A stretch of 64,000 nucleotides of DNA from a bacterium (lineage in GTDB: Bacteria; RBG-13-61-14; DATKZS01): the NCBI GenBank assembly GCA_963674965.2, contig CAXXFL010000003.1:320001-384000 (forward strand), read 5' to 3'. The notes below the pieces were generated by a model, which made no database searches, was not told the DNA's origin, and saw nothing but the letters and a program-made list of their open reading frames with translations. Of this stretch, positions 1 to 11,100 are shown piece after piece. Position 1 is the first letter of the stretch, and each line of letters begins with the position of its first letter. A program made the translations under genes and the position numbers.

Positions 1-245
1 TTGGCGAAGGTGACGGGCCGCTCGAGCCCGCCGGCCACGTTGATGGAAGCGCCGCCCAGGTTGAGGCTGACGCGGTCCGGGGGGTAGCCTTTTCCGTCCA
101 CGTCAATGGCCATGTCCCTCATGCCGCTGATCTTGAGGGGAGTCATGCGGTTCTGGAAACAAAACTCGAAGCCCTCCTCGAAGTTGCGAAGGCTGCCCTT
201 CTCGTAAACCTTGTTGACCAGAAAACCGGGAATGTAAACCATCAT
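1..245 (-). CDS. Partial CDS (runs off the left edge); N-terminus resembles the small 'LYxxGSLRN' beta-sandwich domain found alone or fused to some HMG-CoA reductases
   Basis: Not in the ORF track because no stop lies in the window. Hand translation from ATG 245-243 gives MMVYIPGFLVNKVYEKGSLRNFEEGFEFCFQNRMTPLKISG...; AAGGAGG SD just upstream. Family resemblance is from memory. Confidence 0.65.
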   Translation of the reverse strand, partial: MMVYIPGFLVNKVYEKGSLRNFEEGFEFCFQNRMTPLKISGMRDMAIDVDGKGYPPDRVSLNLGGASINVAGGLERPVTFA

Positions 246-488
246 GGCCTCCTTGCGCCCGATCGCGGACGCGCCAAGATATCGCGGCATGATTAATACC
301 GCCATGGAGGGTATCGATGATGGAAAAGCCGCGCCGCTTTCCCGATACCCTTCCCTTATTAATCGCAATATACACGATGGTGATTGCCGATACAAAAGGA
401 ACTCGGATGTGACCGCGCCCATGCCGCCATGGCCCGGACGGCGAAAAGCCTGGGCCATAATATGAAGAGGTTCGCCGCCTCGCCGATC

Positions 489-516
489 TTGACAATTCCG
501 GCTATTGGTTTAGAAT
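489..516 (+). promoter_or_regulatory. sigma70-type promoter for tRNA-Leu
   Basis: TTGACA (489-494), 16-nt spacer, TAGAAT (511-516), about 20 nt before the tRNA. Confidence 0.7.
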
Positions 517-535
517 ACATTCTGTCCGGATGAAC

Positions 536-622
<87 letters not shown>

Positions 623-632
623 TACAATAATC

Positions 633-666
633 AAGGCGGCGAGGATTGTCCTTACCGCCTTTTTTT
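633..666 (+). terminator. Rho-independent terminator after tRNA-Leu
   Basis: AAGGCGG..AGGA-TTG-TCCT..CCGCC hairpin followed by a T-run. Confidence 0.8.
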
Positions 667-760
667 CATCTCTTTGCGCCATAACCGCTTGCCGCGAGAT
701 ACTCTCACTTTTAAAATATCTCCTTGTTAATCCGGTCCTTGCTGGTAGACTATAGTCCAA

Positions 761-2659
761 ATGGGTAAATACAAAACGGCTTTGGCGGCCATTGTGGGGG
801 CGGCCATAGTGGGGGGATTCGTTATTCACCTGTCCCTCGACCGCCGCGTACAGGACGTGATCGAGGAGACCAGGACCGAGGCTTTGGAAGTATCTCCCGG
901 CGCCGAGCTGGTGGGCGAGATGGACTTCTACGCGCCCGCGCCCGACGGCGTCCAGTCCTTTTTCCGGCTCCTTCCGGCCGCGGACATGGTCTCCTGGAAC
1001 GAGCGCCTGGTCCTGGCCACGGGCGGGGGCCTGCTGATCTATAAAGACGGAGTCCGCCTTCACCTGTCCTCCCTTAACGGCCTGCCCGGGACGGAAGTCA
1101 CCTGCCTCGCCACCTGGCTCGACCAGCTATTGGTGGGCACCACCGACGGCCTGGCCATACTGGACGAGAAGACGGTCCGCTCCTACCGGTTCGCCGACGC
1201 CAAGGCCAACCATATCTCTTGCCTCCTCTCCACCGACTCCGGGGTCCTCATCGGCACCCAGGGGGGAGGCCTGCTCCATTACGACGGGTCATCCATCGGT
1301 TACCACCCGGCCCTGCGCGACGCGAGGGAACTTATGGTCTCGGCCCTCTCCTTTCGGGACGACGGCTTCGCCGTGGGCACCTGGCGCTCGGGCGTTTTCT
1401 TTATCGACGACTCGTCCATCGTCGGCGGCGTCCGCGGCCAGGGCCTCATCGACCCGGTCACGGCCCTTCTCGAGACCGACTCCAACCTCCTTATTGGCTC
1501 ACCCGTGGCCCTCCAGGCGCTTAAGGCCGACGGGGGCCTTAGCGTAATCATGCCCGACGTCAACGTTTCCTCGATGCTGCTGGGGGACGGGGCCATCTGG
1601 ATCGCGGCCGGAAGCGACGGGGTCATCACCCTCGATGGGGAGGACATGACTTTCAGTCCAGCCCGGGACGAAATAATGAACGTCCGCTCAGTGGGAGGCG
1701 AGGTCTACGCCCTTGGCGTGGGAGGGGTCTCGCGGGTTACGGAAGAAGGACTCGAGCCGCTTCCCGAGTATGTTTCCTCCCAGGACCAGGAGCTCGTGGA
1801 CAACCACCTCACCTCTCTGGCCGCGGCCCCTCCCGACAAGCTGTGGATCGGGACCTTCGAAAAAGGGGTCCAGACGATCGAGAGCTTCGGCGACGGGGGC
1901 GAGGCGTTTCTCGAGCCCGACTTCGGGGCCGTGAACCGCGTGGTCCCCAACGTGGCCGACGGCAAGATATACGTGGCCACCAACCGGGGCGCGCTGGTCT
2001 ACTCGAGCGGCGTCTTGATCGACGCGGTGACGCGGGAGGACGGCCTGATCGGGGAGGCCGTTTTCGACGTGCTTCCCCTTGCCGGCGGCGAGGTGGCCTA
2101 CGCCACCAACAAGGGCGTCACCATCCAGGGCGCCGGGGGCTTTAGAAGCCTTTACGCTTTCCACGGCCTGGTTAACAACCACGTCTATTGCCTGGCCGAG
2201 TTTCAAGGCAAGATAGCCGCGGGGACCCTTGGCGGCCTTTCCTTTATCGAGGACGACCGTGTGATAAAAAGCTATACCATGGACGACTCGCCCCTTCGGC
2301 ACAACTGGATCAACGCCCTTGTCGCCTCGCCCGAGACGCTTTACGTGGGGAGTTTCGGTGGGGGCGTCGTGGCCCTGACCGGCGAGATGGAGTGGCTGGA
2401 CCTGTCCGGTCCCATGGACAAGGCGAACGTCAATCCCCACGCGCTCCTGCTCGAGGCGGACCGGCTTTACGCCGGGGTCTTCGGACAAGGCCTTTATTCG
2501 CTGAATCTCGAGAGCGGAAAATGGAGCGCCTGCCGCGGGCCTCTTCCCTCTCGCAACGTTACCGGTCTGGCCCGGTGGACCGGAGTGGGCGGACGCGAGA
2601 GTCTCGCCATAGCCACCGACGCCGGCCTGATCATGGCCGGTCCCGGATACGTCGAATGA
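761..2659 (+). CDS. Membrane-anchored multi-blade beta-propeller protein (two-component-regulator-propeller-like repeats, no kinase part)
   Basis: 632 aa; N-terminal hydrophobic helix; repeated blades of the type 'LxxNxVxxL...LWIGTxxGL' (GLPGTEVTCL, LVDNHLTSL, GLVNNHVYCL, LRHNWINAL, LPSRNVTGL). Confidence 0.8.
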   Translation: MGKYKTALAAIVGAAIVGGFVIHLSLDRRVQDVIEETRTEALEVSPGAELVGEMDFYAPAPDGVQSFFRLLPAADMVSWNERLVLATGGGLLIYKDGVRLHLSSLNGLPGTEVTCLATWLDQLLVGTTDGLAILDEKTVRSYRFADAKANHISCLLSTDSGVLIGTQGGGLLHYDGSSIGYHPALRDARELMVSALSFRDDGFAVGTWRSGVFFIDDSSIVGGVRGQGLIDPVTALLETDSNLLIGSPVALQALKADGGLSVIMPDVNVSSMLLGDGAIWIAAGSDGVITLDGEDMTFSPARDEIMNVRSVGGEVYALGVGGVSRVTEEGLEPLPEYVSSQDQELVDNHLTSLAAAPPDKLWIGTFEKGVQTIESFGDGGEAFLEPDFGAVNRVVPNVADGKIYVATNRGALVYSSGVLIDAVTREDGLIGEAVFDVLPLAGGEVAYATNKGVTIQGAGGFRSLYAFHGLVNNHVYCLAEFQGKIAAGTLGGLSFIEDDRVIKSYTMDDSPLRHNWINALVASPETLYVGSFGGGVVALTGEMEWLDLSGPMDKANVNPHALLLEADRLYAGVFGQGLYSLNLESGKWSACRGPLPSRNVTGLARWTGVGGRESLAIATDAGLIMAGPGYVE

Positions 2660-2678
2660 CCCGAAAAGGATAAATTAA

Positions 2679-5144
2679 ATGAAACCAGTATTCCGCGAGC
2701 ATGGAGCGAGAATCTCCCTGGCCTTATTGTTGGCGACGGCCGTGGCCGCCTTCTTTGTGCTCCGGCCGGGAGAGCGCGGGGCCCGGGCCGAAATAGGGGC
2801 CTTTAGACTCGCGTCCTGGCAAAGCGACAAGGGGCCCGGAGCCATATCTCTGGCCGACCTCGATATCAAGATCGAGATATCGGGAGGCTTCGCCCAGGTA
2901 CGGCTCACGCAATATTTCGAGAACAAGACCGACGCCATCCTCGAGGGGACCTATTACCTCAAGCTCCCGGCCGACGCGACCCTCATGAACTTCGGAGTCT
3001 GGGACGAGGGAAAATTCACCGAGGCCGTCGTCATCGAGCGGGAGGCGGGAAGAAGGGCCTACCAGGAGATAGTCAGCCGCATGGTCGATCCCGCCCTGAT
3101 GGAGGCGCCCGAGGCCGAGATTACCGACGCCTTCCAGGTCAGGGTCGCCCCCATCCCGCCGCGGGCGGTCAGGAGGATCGAGTCTTCCTTCCACCTGTGG
3201 CTGCCCGTCAGGCGGGGAAAGAGGGTCTTTATCCTGCCCTTGAAACCGGGACCGACCCTCTCCGCCGAAAGGGCGCAAAGGTGCAAGATCGACGTGACCT
3301 TGCGCGAGACCTCCCCCCTTCAGGCCGTCGCCTGGAGCGCGCCGTCCTCGGTCAAGCCGGAAATCGGGGGTACCTGGCCCAGCCTGTCCGACCCACCGAG
3401 AGATACCGAGACCTGGACCCTCAAGTGGGAGGGAGGGCCTCTCGAGCTGGACGAGGACCTTACCCTGCAAATTCCCCTGGACCAAAGCCGAAGCTCGATG
3501 AGCGTGACAGTCTATCGTGACGCGGACTCGAGGCGCCTGGATGTATCGGCCACCGGCGGCGAGACCTACCAGGACGATTCCGGCTACTTTCTGGCCGAGG
3601 CCTTCTTCAGCCTCGAGGGCGAAAGGGAAGCCGAAAACCAAAACGCGCCCGAGCCGGCCAGGCCGGCGAGGAACGTGGCCATACTTTTCGACGTGTCCCT
3701 TTCCATGGGCTTCGATAAGCTGGTCAAGGCGGTCGAGGTGTTCGACTCCGTCCTTGCCGACCTCTCCGAAAAGGACCGCTTCGCGGTGATAACCATGGGA
3801 GGCGAGGTCAAGTCCTGGCAAAAGTCCCTCCTTGGCGCCACGGCAAAAAACAAAAGCGAGGCCCACGAGTTCCTGCGGCGGTCGCCCCTGGCCGGCGGCA
3901 CGAGGCTGGCCGAGGGCCTGGCCGAGGCGCTGGCCGCCCTCTCCGACGGCTCGGGAAGAGAGGGCAGGATCGTCGTCATCTCCGACGGACGGCCGACCAT
4001 GGGCGAGATCGTACACGCGAAGCTTCTCGAGGCCGCGGCGAGCGCGAACAAGACCGACGCGGGTTTTCCAGCGGCCGGCCTTTACGTCTTCGGAGTGGGG
4101 GAGGACGCCAACGTTCCCCTGCTCAAGGAACTGGCCCGGCAAAGCAAGGGATACTTTATCTGGGCCCGCGAAACCGAGTCGCTCGAGTCCAAGCTGCCCC
4201 CCTTTTTAAGGGCCCTCGCCGGAGACCCGGTAAAGGACGTGGGCCTCGAGGTTTCTCCCGCGGCCGGCGTGACCATGGTCTACCCCGCCGACAGGCAAAG
4301 CGCCTTTGACCTCGAGTCCATCCACTGGTCCGGCAAGTACGCGAACCCCGAGCCTCAGGCCAGGTTCAGCGCCTCCGGGACCCGGGACAAGGAAACGGTC
4401 ATTGTCGAGAACCTGGCGTCCCTGCCCGAGAAGGAGACGGAAAACGACTTCGTGGCTCGCCTCTGGGCGCAACAAAGGGTCGAGTTCCTGCTGGAAAAAA
4501 TTCGAAGGGAGGGCGAGACCGAGGAGTGGATCGACGAGATCGTGGCTTTATCCAAGCGTTTCAAGTTCCCGACCCCTTATACCTCCTACCTGGTGGCGCC
4601 GAGGGCCTTTCTGAGGCCGCGCGTGATCAGGCCCGCCGACCCGGTAATCAAGATCAAGGCCCCACCCGACACGGCCGCCGTGACGGCCCTCCTGCCCTTC
4701 GGCGAGACCAGGCGCATGACCAGGATCGGAGCCGGACCCGAGTGGGAAACCAGGTTCCTCGTGCCCCTCTGGATGAAGGACGGCCAGTACTTCGCCAGGA
4801 TCGTGCTCACCGATTCCTCGGGCAAGAAGACCATGGAGTACAAGGAGTTCGTCGTGGACGGCTCGCCTCCCCGCCTCAAGCTGAGGCTGCCCGATGAGGC
4901 CCCGGGGCCGGGACGGACGCTCGAGATAGCGGTCGACGCCGATCCCGACGTCAGGACCATTAACGCCAAGCTGGGATGCCTGCCCGCGGCCCCCGTCAAG
5001 TGGGACCCGGAGGCCAGGATCAACAAGGGGTCCATCCTCCTACCCGCGGGATGGCCAAGCGGAGAATACACCCTGAGGATCACCGCCGAGGACTTCGCCC
5101 ATAACGTGACTTCCCTCAGCGCCAAGGTCACGGTTGGAGAATGA
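2679..5144 (+). CDS. VIT (vault/inter-alpha-trypsin) + vWA domain protein with C-terminal Ig-like domains
   Basis: 821 aa; N-terminal TM/signal; VIT pattern (LTQYFENKT..LEGTY...GRRAYQEIV..DPALME); intact MIDAS (FDVSLSM, GGT, ISDG); ITIH-like 'LSKRFKFPTPYTSYLV'. Confidence 0.88.
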   Translation: MKPVFREHGARISLALLLATAVAAFFVLRPGERGARAEIGAFRLASWQSDKGPGAISLADLDIKIEISGGFAQVRLTQYFENKTDAILEGTYYLKLPADATLMNFGVWDEGKFTEAVVIEREAGRRAYQEIVSRMVDPALMEAPEAEITDAFQVRVAPIPPRAVRRIESSFHLWLPVRRGKRVFILPLKPGPTLSAERAQRCKIDVTLRETSPLQAVAWSAPSSVKPEIGGTWPSLSDPPRDTETWTLKWEGGPLELDEDLTLQIPLDQSRSSMSVTVYRDADSRRLDVSATGGETYQDDSGYFLAEAFFSLEGEREAENQNAPEPARPARNVAILFDVSLSMGFDKLVKAVEVFDSVLADLSEKDRFAVITMGGEVKSWQKSLLGATAKNKSEAHEFLRRSPLAGGTRLAEGLAEALAALSDGSGREGRIVVISDGRPTMGEIVHAKLLEAAASANKTDAGFPAAGLYVFGVGEDANVPLLKELARQSKGYFIWARETESLESKLPPFLRALAGDPVKDVGLEVSPAAGVTMVYPADRQSAFDLESIHWSGKYANPEPQARFSASGTRDKETVIVENLASLPEKETENDFVARLWAQQRVEFLLEKIRREGETEEWIDEIVALSKRFKFPTPYTSYLVAPRAFLRPRVIRPADPVIKIKAPPDTAAVTALLPFGETRRMTRIGAGPEWETRFLVPLWMKDGQYFARIVLTDSSGKKTMEYKEFVVDGSPPRLKLRLPDEAPGPGRTLEIAVDADPDVRTINAKLGCLPAAPVKWDPEARINKGSILLPAGWPSGEYTLRITAEDFAHNVTSLSAKVTVGE

Positions 5145-8100
5145 TCATGAGTTGCCTTAACCGCCGAAAATATTTTTCGGCCGCGATGGTCTTAGCGGCG
5201 TCCTTTTTCGCCTCGGCCTTATATTGCTCATCCGCGGCGGGATCGGAAAAAAGCCGCGATCCCTACTTCCGGTCGCCGGAGGAAGTCCAGGTACCGGGCG
5301 CGGTAAGGGCGCGGATGGATGGACTCTATTACGAGTTCATGCCCCTCATGGGATCGTCCTGCCTCGCGCCCAGGACGCCGGCCGAGGTCGAGAAGGGACT
5401 TGCCGGCCTCATCGAGGCCTTTCCCGAGGAGACGGACCTGTACCTGGAAAGGGCCGGGGCGAGACGCTCGATGGGCGACGCCGCCGGGGCCCTGGCCGAT
5501 ATCCAGACCGCCGTACAAAAGGCAAAGGACAAGAAGAGGGCCCTTAGGGCCCTGGCCGACTTTTACGGCGACGGGCTGGAGCGAAAAAAAGAAATCGAGG
5601 CCCTGGACTCCCTCCTGGCCGAGCTCGAAAAGGGACCCACCCAAAACAAGGCCGCCATCAAGTCCCTGATCGGCGAGATTATTTCACGCGCCTCGGCCGG
5701 CCTGGTCGCGATCGACGAGAAGGCCTACCGGCGCCGCTTCGTGGACCTGTTTCCCGACGATATCGAAGCGGCCCTGACCTATCTTAAGGAGGTCGCCAAA
5801 AGCTCGGACGAACGTGAGGCCCTGGCCGAGACGGCCAACTTCATGGGCCGCTTCCCGGAAAGGCCCGAGCCTTTCCTCGCCATCATGGCGGATATCCATT
5901 ACGCGGGCGGCCACAAGGACAAGGCCATCGAAGTTTACCTGGACGGGCTCACGCCCGAGTCGAGGCCGTCGGTGTTCTACTCCTTTTTCGAAAGCCTGCA
6001 AAAACGCGACGACCTCGAGGCCTTTGCAAACGAAATCAAGAACCCCGCCGGAAAGCACTCGGAAAAGGACAAGGCCATCGTCTTTCACCTTATGCTCTTC
6101 GACGGAGACTGGGAGGAGGCCTCGAGTTTTCTCGAGCGCTGGCTGAAAGATACTCCCGAGACGAAAAAGGAAAAGCTGAGGACCTTCGCCCGATACTTCA
6201 CCCTCTGTCAGAGACACGAGCGAGCGGCCCAGCTAAGGTACGGGGGACTGGCCGAGGCCGGCCCCAAGGAAAGGGAGGAGTGGATCGGAGAGCTTTATTC
6301 ATCCCTCCTGAGCAGCCGCTCGGGCGCGATGGCGGCCCCCGGCTCCATGGCGGGCCCGTTTTCCATCAGGCTTCTCGACCCGAGCCCCGGAATAACGGGC
6401 GGCCTTCTTTCACTCCTCTTAAACGGACGAGAGATGGGCGAGACCTTCTCCGATATCTCCCGGATGGAGGAAAGGCACGCCAACTTAGCCCTCGCTCTCA
6501 ACCTGCTCGCCAAGTACCGAGAGGATTTCCCCGACGGGCGCCTGGCCCCCGAGATGGAAATGGCCGCCATCGGCCGATACTGGGACCTGGGCTACTGGAA
6601 CGCCGCGGCCGCGGCCGCCGACGCCTTTTTAAGGGACCATCCCGAAAACGAGCTGGCCGCCGCCGTCCTCGAGAAGCGCTGCGCCTCCCTTATAAACCTG
6701 GGCAGGTTCGAGGAGGCGGACGCCGGCTACGGCGAGCTTCTTTCGCGGGTCGGGGGGGACGAGGACAAGTATCTCGCCGTCCTTTCCGAGTACGCCCGGC
6801 GCCTGAGAAGCAAGGAGCGCGTTCCGCAAATGGTCGCCCTGTATTGGAGGGAGGTCGAGGCCCATCCTGAAAATCGGCGGCTCTACGACCAGTTCCTTCA
6901 GGACATATCCTACCTCAGCCTGGATGAGGACAAAGCCAGGCTCTATCGGATGGCCGTGAAAAAAATCCCCGGCCGCGGCTGGTACGACCGGCTTTCCCGC
7001 TATTACCTCCGAAGCTCGATGTTCGCCGAGTATGAGGAAACGCTTGGCTCCGCCGTCGAGTCCCTGCCCGAGGACGAGATCGGTCCTTTCCTCGACGGCG
7101 CCGTGGGAGAGATGAAGAACTCGAAATGGACGGCCGTCAAGGCGGCATTGTTCCTCGAGGCCCATCGCAAGTACCCCCGGAACCCCGAGTACATGAAACG
7201 ATATATTCAACTCGCGCAAAAGATCGAGAAATGGGAGAAGAATTCCAACTCCCTTCCCTCCCCCTCCTCGGTCGAGTTCGCCAGGCAAAACCTGATGGAC
7301 GACCCGCAAACGGACGGCTTTATCGGGCGGTCCCTGCTCGAGGGCATGATGGCCCGGGACGATCTCAGGTCCGAGCTGGCCAGGCTGGAGGACGGATGGA
7401 GCGTCAACCCGGCCGAGACCTACTTTCTCGCCATCGCCCACGATCACTTGGGCCAGTACGAGAAGTCCCTTTCCCACTGGCGGCGGCTGGCCGAAATATA
7501 TCCGGGCACGGCCCAGTTCCAGGAGACCCTTTCCGAGCGTCTTCTCGGATTGTCCCGGTCCCGGCCCAAGGAGTATCCATCCTCCTCGTCCGAGGCGGTC
7601 GAGGTCATGTCCCGAGCCGCTAAAATGTATCCCGCCTCCTCCCGTTTCCCGACCGCGATCGGGGAGGCCCTGGCGGAGCGGGGCAGGTTCGGCGAGGCCC
7701 TCGCCTGGTGGGACAAGCCGATCGAGGCCGAGCCCGGCCGGCCGGGACCTTACCTGCGGGCGGCCGAGATCGCCTGGGACTATTACCAGTACGACGCGGC
7801 CATCGAGAGGCTGCGACTCGCCCGCGAGCGCCTCAAGGACCCCGCCCTGTTTGCCCTCGAGATCGGGGCGGTGCTCGAGGACAAGGGTCAGGCCGATCAG
7901 GCTATCGCCGAGTACGTGAACGCCCTTTGTCAAAAGGATGGAAGGTCCCAATACAAGATTCTTAGCCGCCTGGACGCCCTGGCCGGACGGGAAGGACTGG
8001 AAAGCCTCATCGACTCCCGCTTCCAGGCCGCCATCCTGCATGCCCCCTCCAACCCCGGTCCCGTCTGGTCCTATTACGATTACCTCAACCTCCGGGAAAG

Positions 8101-11100
8101 GAGCGGCGACGGTGGAAAACTCCTGCTTGACGCGGCGGAAAGGATAAGCGACGTCAAGTTCCTTCACGAGGCCCGGATGGCCCTCGAGATAAGCGGGCTA
8201 AAGGAAGCCGAGTTGGCCGTCATTCGCAAACTGGTTCAGGCCAAAGACCCCAGTCCCGATGACGTCATCAGGCTGGTCAGGTACTTCCGCTTGAACGGGG
8301 GCGAGGAAATCGGCGCGGCGGCGGACTCGGCCGCGGCCGTCATAGCCTCCATTCCCGCCGCCAAGGCCAGGCTCCACTATTACCGGGAGCTGGTCGAGGA
8401 ACTGATCCTGGCGGGAAGGCTCGAGAGGGCGGCCGAGGCCCTGCGAAGGGTCCTGCCCGACGCGAGGGGAGACGATAAGAAAAGCGCGGTCCTCGAGTTC
8501 GCCCGGGTGCTGTCCGATCTCGATAATTACGCCGAGGCGGCGAACGCGCTCGATTCCCTTCTCGAGGAGCGAGGATGGGATGAGGACGTCTTTCGGGCGC
8601 TGGTGTCCGTCCACGTCGCCCGCAAGGACCATATTTCCATCATCGAGTTGAACGGGAAACAAAAGAAAGCCATCGCCTCCAAAATCAAGGGAGTCATGGA
8701 AAGAAGGCGGGAGTACGCCTCGCTTCATCTGGTCACCGCCTCGGCCCTGGCCGAGCTGCGTCGGGCGGGCGAGGCCCTGGATTACTACATGGAGTGGCTC
8801 AACCAGGACCCCACCGACCCGGACAAGCTGAGGACCGTTTTTGTTTACGCCAAACAAAGAGGCCTCGAGAAAAAGGTTATCGAGAGATACGAAAAGGAGG
8901 CGAGAACGGCGAACAAGGATTATCGCTGGTCTTTGTCGGCGGGCCGGCTCGAGGCCTGGGACCACGACTTGAAGGAAGCGGCCAAGTCGTATAACCGCGC
9001 CGCGTGGAACGAGCCGGGCAAGGCGGTCCTTTACGAGGAGGCGGCCAAGGTCCGCGTCGCCCTCCATGAATACGAGGAGGCCGCCAAACTGCTCGAGTCG
9101 CTTTACGCCATCGAGAAAGAATCGGACCAGCTTGGAAGGGCCGCCCGCTCCTGGGCCCTGGCCGGACGGGAGGACAAGGCCCTCGAGATAGTCGCCGCGA
9201 GCGTCAAAAGGGGCGGAGGCCGATCGAGATACTTCAAGGCCGCGCTGGCCCTCGAGGCGGCCGGGCTGCCGGAGGAGGGCCTGACTTACCTCGAGACCGG
9301 GCTCGAGGAGGCCCTGCAAAAAATCGAGAGGAACTCCATATCGCGAGGCGAGTTGGACGACCTGGTCCGCATTTACGCCAAGGCCGGCAAGACGGAAGAG
9401 GCCATGGACCTCATCTTCGGGGCCTGGTCGAGGGCCCTCGAGAAAAGCTCGAACCCGTCCAACAAGTACGTCAAGTGGAGGATCGACCAAAACCTCCGCG
9501 CCATCCGGACGGCCGCTCTCGAGACGATTCCTCTCGAGCTGTTGCAAAGAGGGAAAGCCCAAGACCTCGCGTCGGCCGAAAGCCGGATAAACGCCGCCAT
9601 GAAAGGATCGCCCTATCCCGCGGCCGACCTGGACGCCTTTGCTAAAAATTGCGGCTTCACCGACCAGGCCGCCGAATTGGTGGACGAGGAGTCGAAACGC
9701 GATTCCAACCACCTCCTCGTTATGGCCGACTTCTGGGCCGGAAGACTGGCCTGGAAAAAAGTTGTCGCCTTGGACGCTCAGCCCTCCAGGCGGCGCGCCA
9801 ACGCCTTCCTCTGGATGGATCAACCCGACAAGGCTCTGGCCGAGCTGACAAGCTTATACATGGTCCACTCCGGCGGATATGAGCCCCTCCTTTACCTGGC
9901 GGCCGAACGAAACGCGGAGCAAACGCTGAAGCTCTGCCTGGACGACGGGAGCAACGTGGCCGAGGAGGCCGATTACCTTGTCGAGCTGGGCCGTCCGGAC
10001 CTCGCCATCCGTACCATTCGGTCCAGCAAGGACCCGGTATGGAGCGCCTTTAAGGAAATGCTGGTAAAGGACCACTTCTCGGAGAAGGACCCCGAGCTGG
10101 CCGCTCGGGCGGCCGCGGCTCTTCGGAACTGGAGCGTGAGCGCCCGGCTTGACTCTCCCTTCAACGCCGCGCTCGAGGCCAGGGGCCACGAGTACTCGGT
10201 TATGGCCATGGAGTACGCCCGCTATCTGAAGCTTCTCGGCCGGGGTCCCGAGGCGCGGGACTTTTACTACGCGGCCGCGGAGGAAAGCCCGACTTCTTAC
10301 GAGGCTTTCCGGTACCAGGGAATACTGGCGCTGGAGATGGGCGACCTCGACCTGGCGAGGGACGGATTTGCCAAGGCCCTCGAGATCGAGCCGCCCGACC
10401 TTTCCTCCCGAAACGGCCTGGCCCTGGCTATCCTGAAGTCCGGAAACAAAAAGGACGCCCTTAAAAACCTGGAGCTTCTGGCGAAGGACTCCTCCACCTG
10501 GGACCGCGCCGAGTACAAGTACTACGCCATGCTCTCGCGGGGAATGGAAAAAGAGGCGGTGGAATTCATCGTCCGCTGGGCCAAGGCCGCCTACGCCGAT
10601 TATCGGGATTCGGGGATGCTCGGCGTTCGCGAGCTCGCCCTCCTGGCCGAGAAGAAACCCTCCCTTGCCCGGGCCCCGCTGACCGACCTCGTCCAATACC
10701 TCATCGCCTCATATCCGGACGACGTGGAACTGGCCTCATCGGCCGTTTTCGAGGAGCTGCTAAGGGGCAAGGACGCGGACCCGGCTTATGACGCCCTCGT
10801 CCTGGCTTACGGCAAGGACCGAAACGCCGAGGGCGATCTTCATCTCTGGGAGGATAGAAGGATCGACCACTGGCTCGATACCGGCAGGTATGAAGAGGCC
10901 CTGGAGGAGTTGAACCGGCGCGAGATTCCCCTTTCCCCGGGAGAGGTCCCGCCCGAGAACGTGAAGAGACGGGCCAGGGCCCTTATTGGAAAGGGAGAAA
11001 CCGGCGAGGCCCTTGTCTCTCTCGAGTCCTTTCTGAGCCTGGACCCGTATTCCTTGGACGCGCTCAAGCTGGCCCGCGAGGTGGCCCTGGAAGAGGGCCT

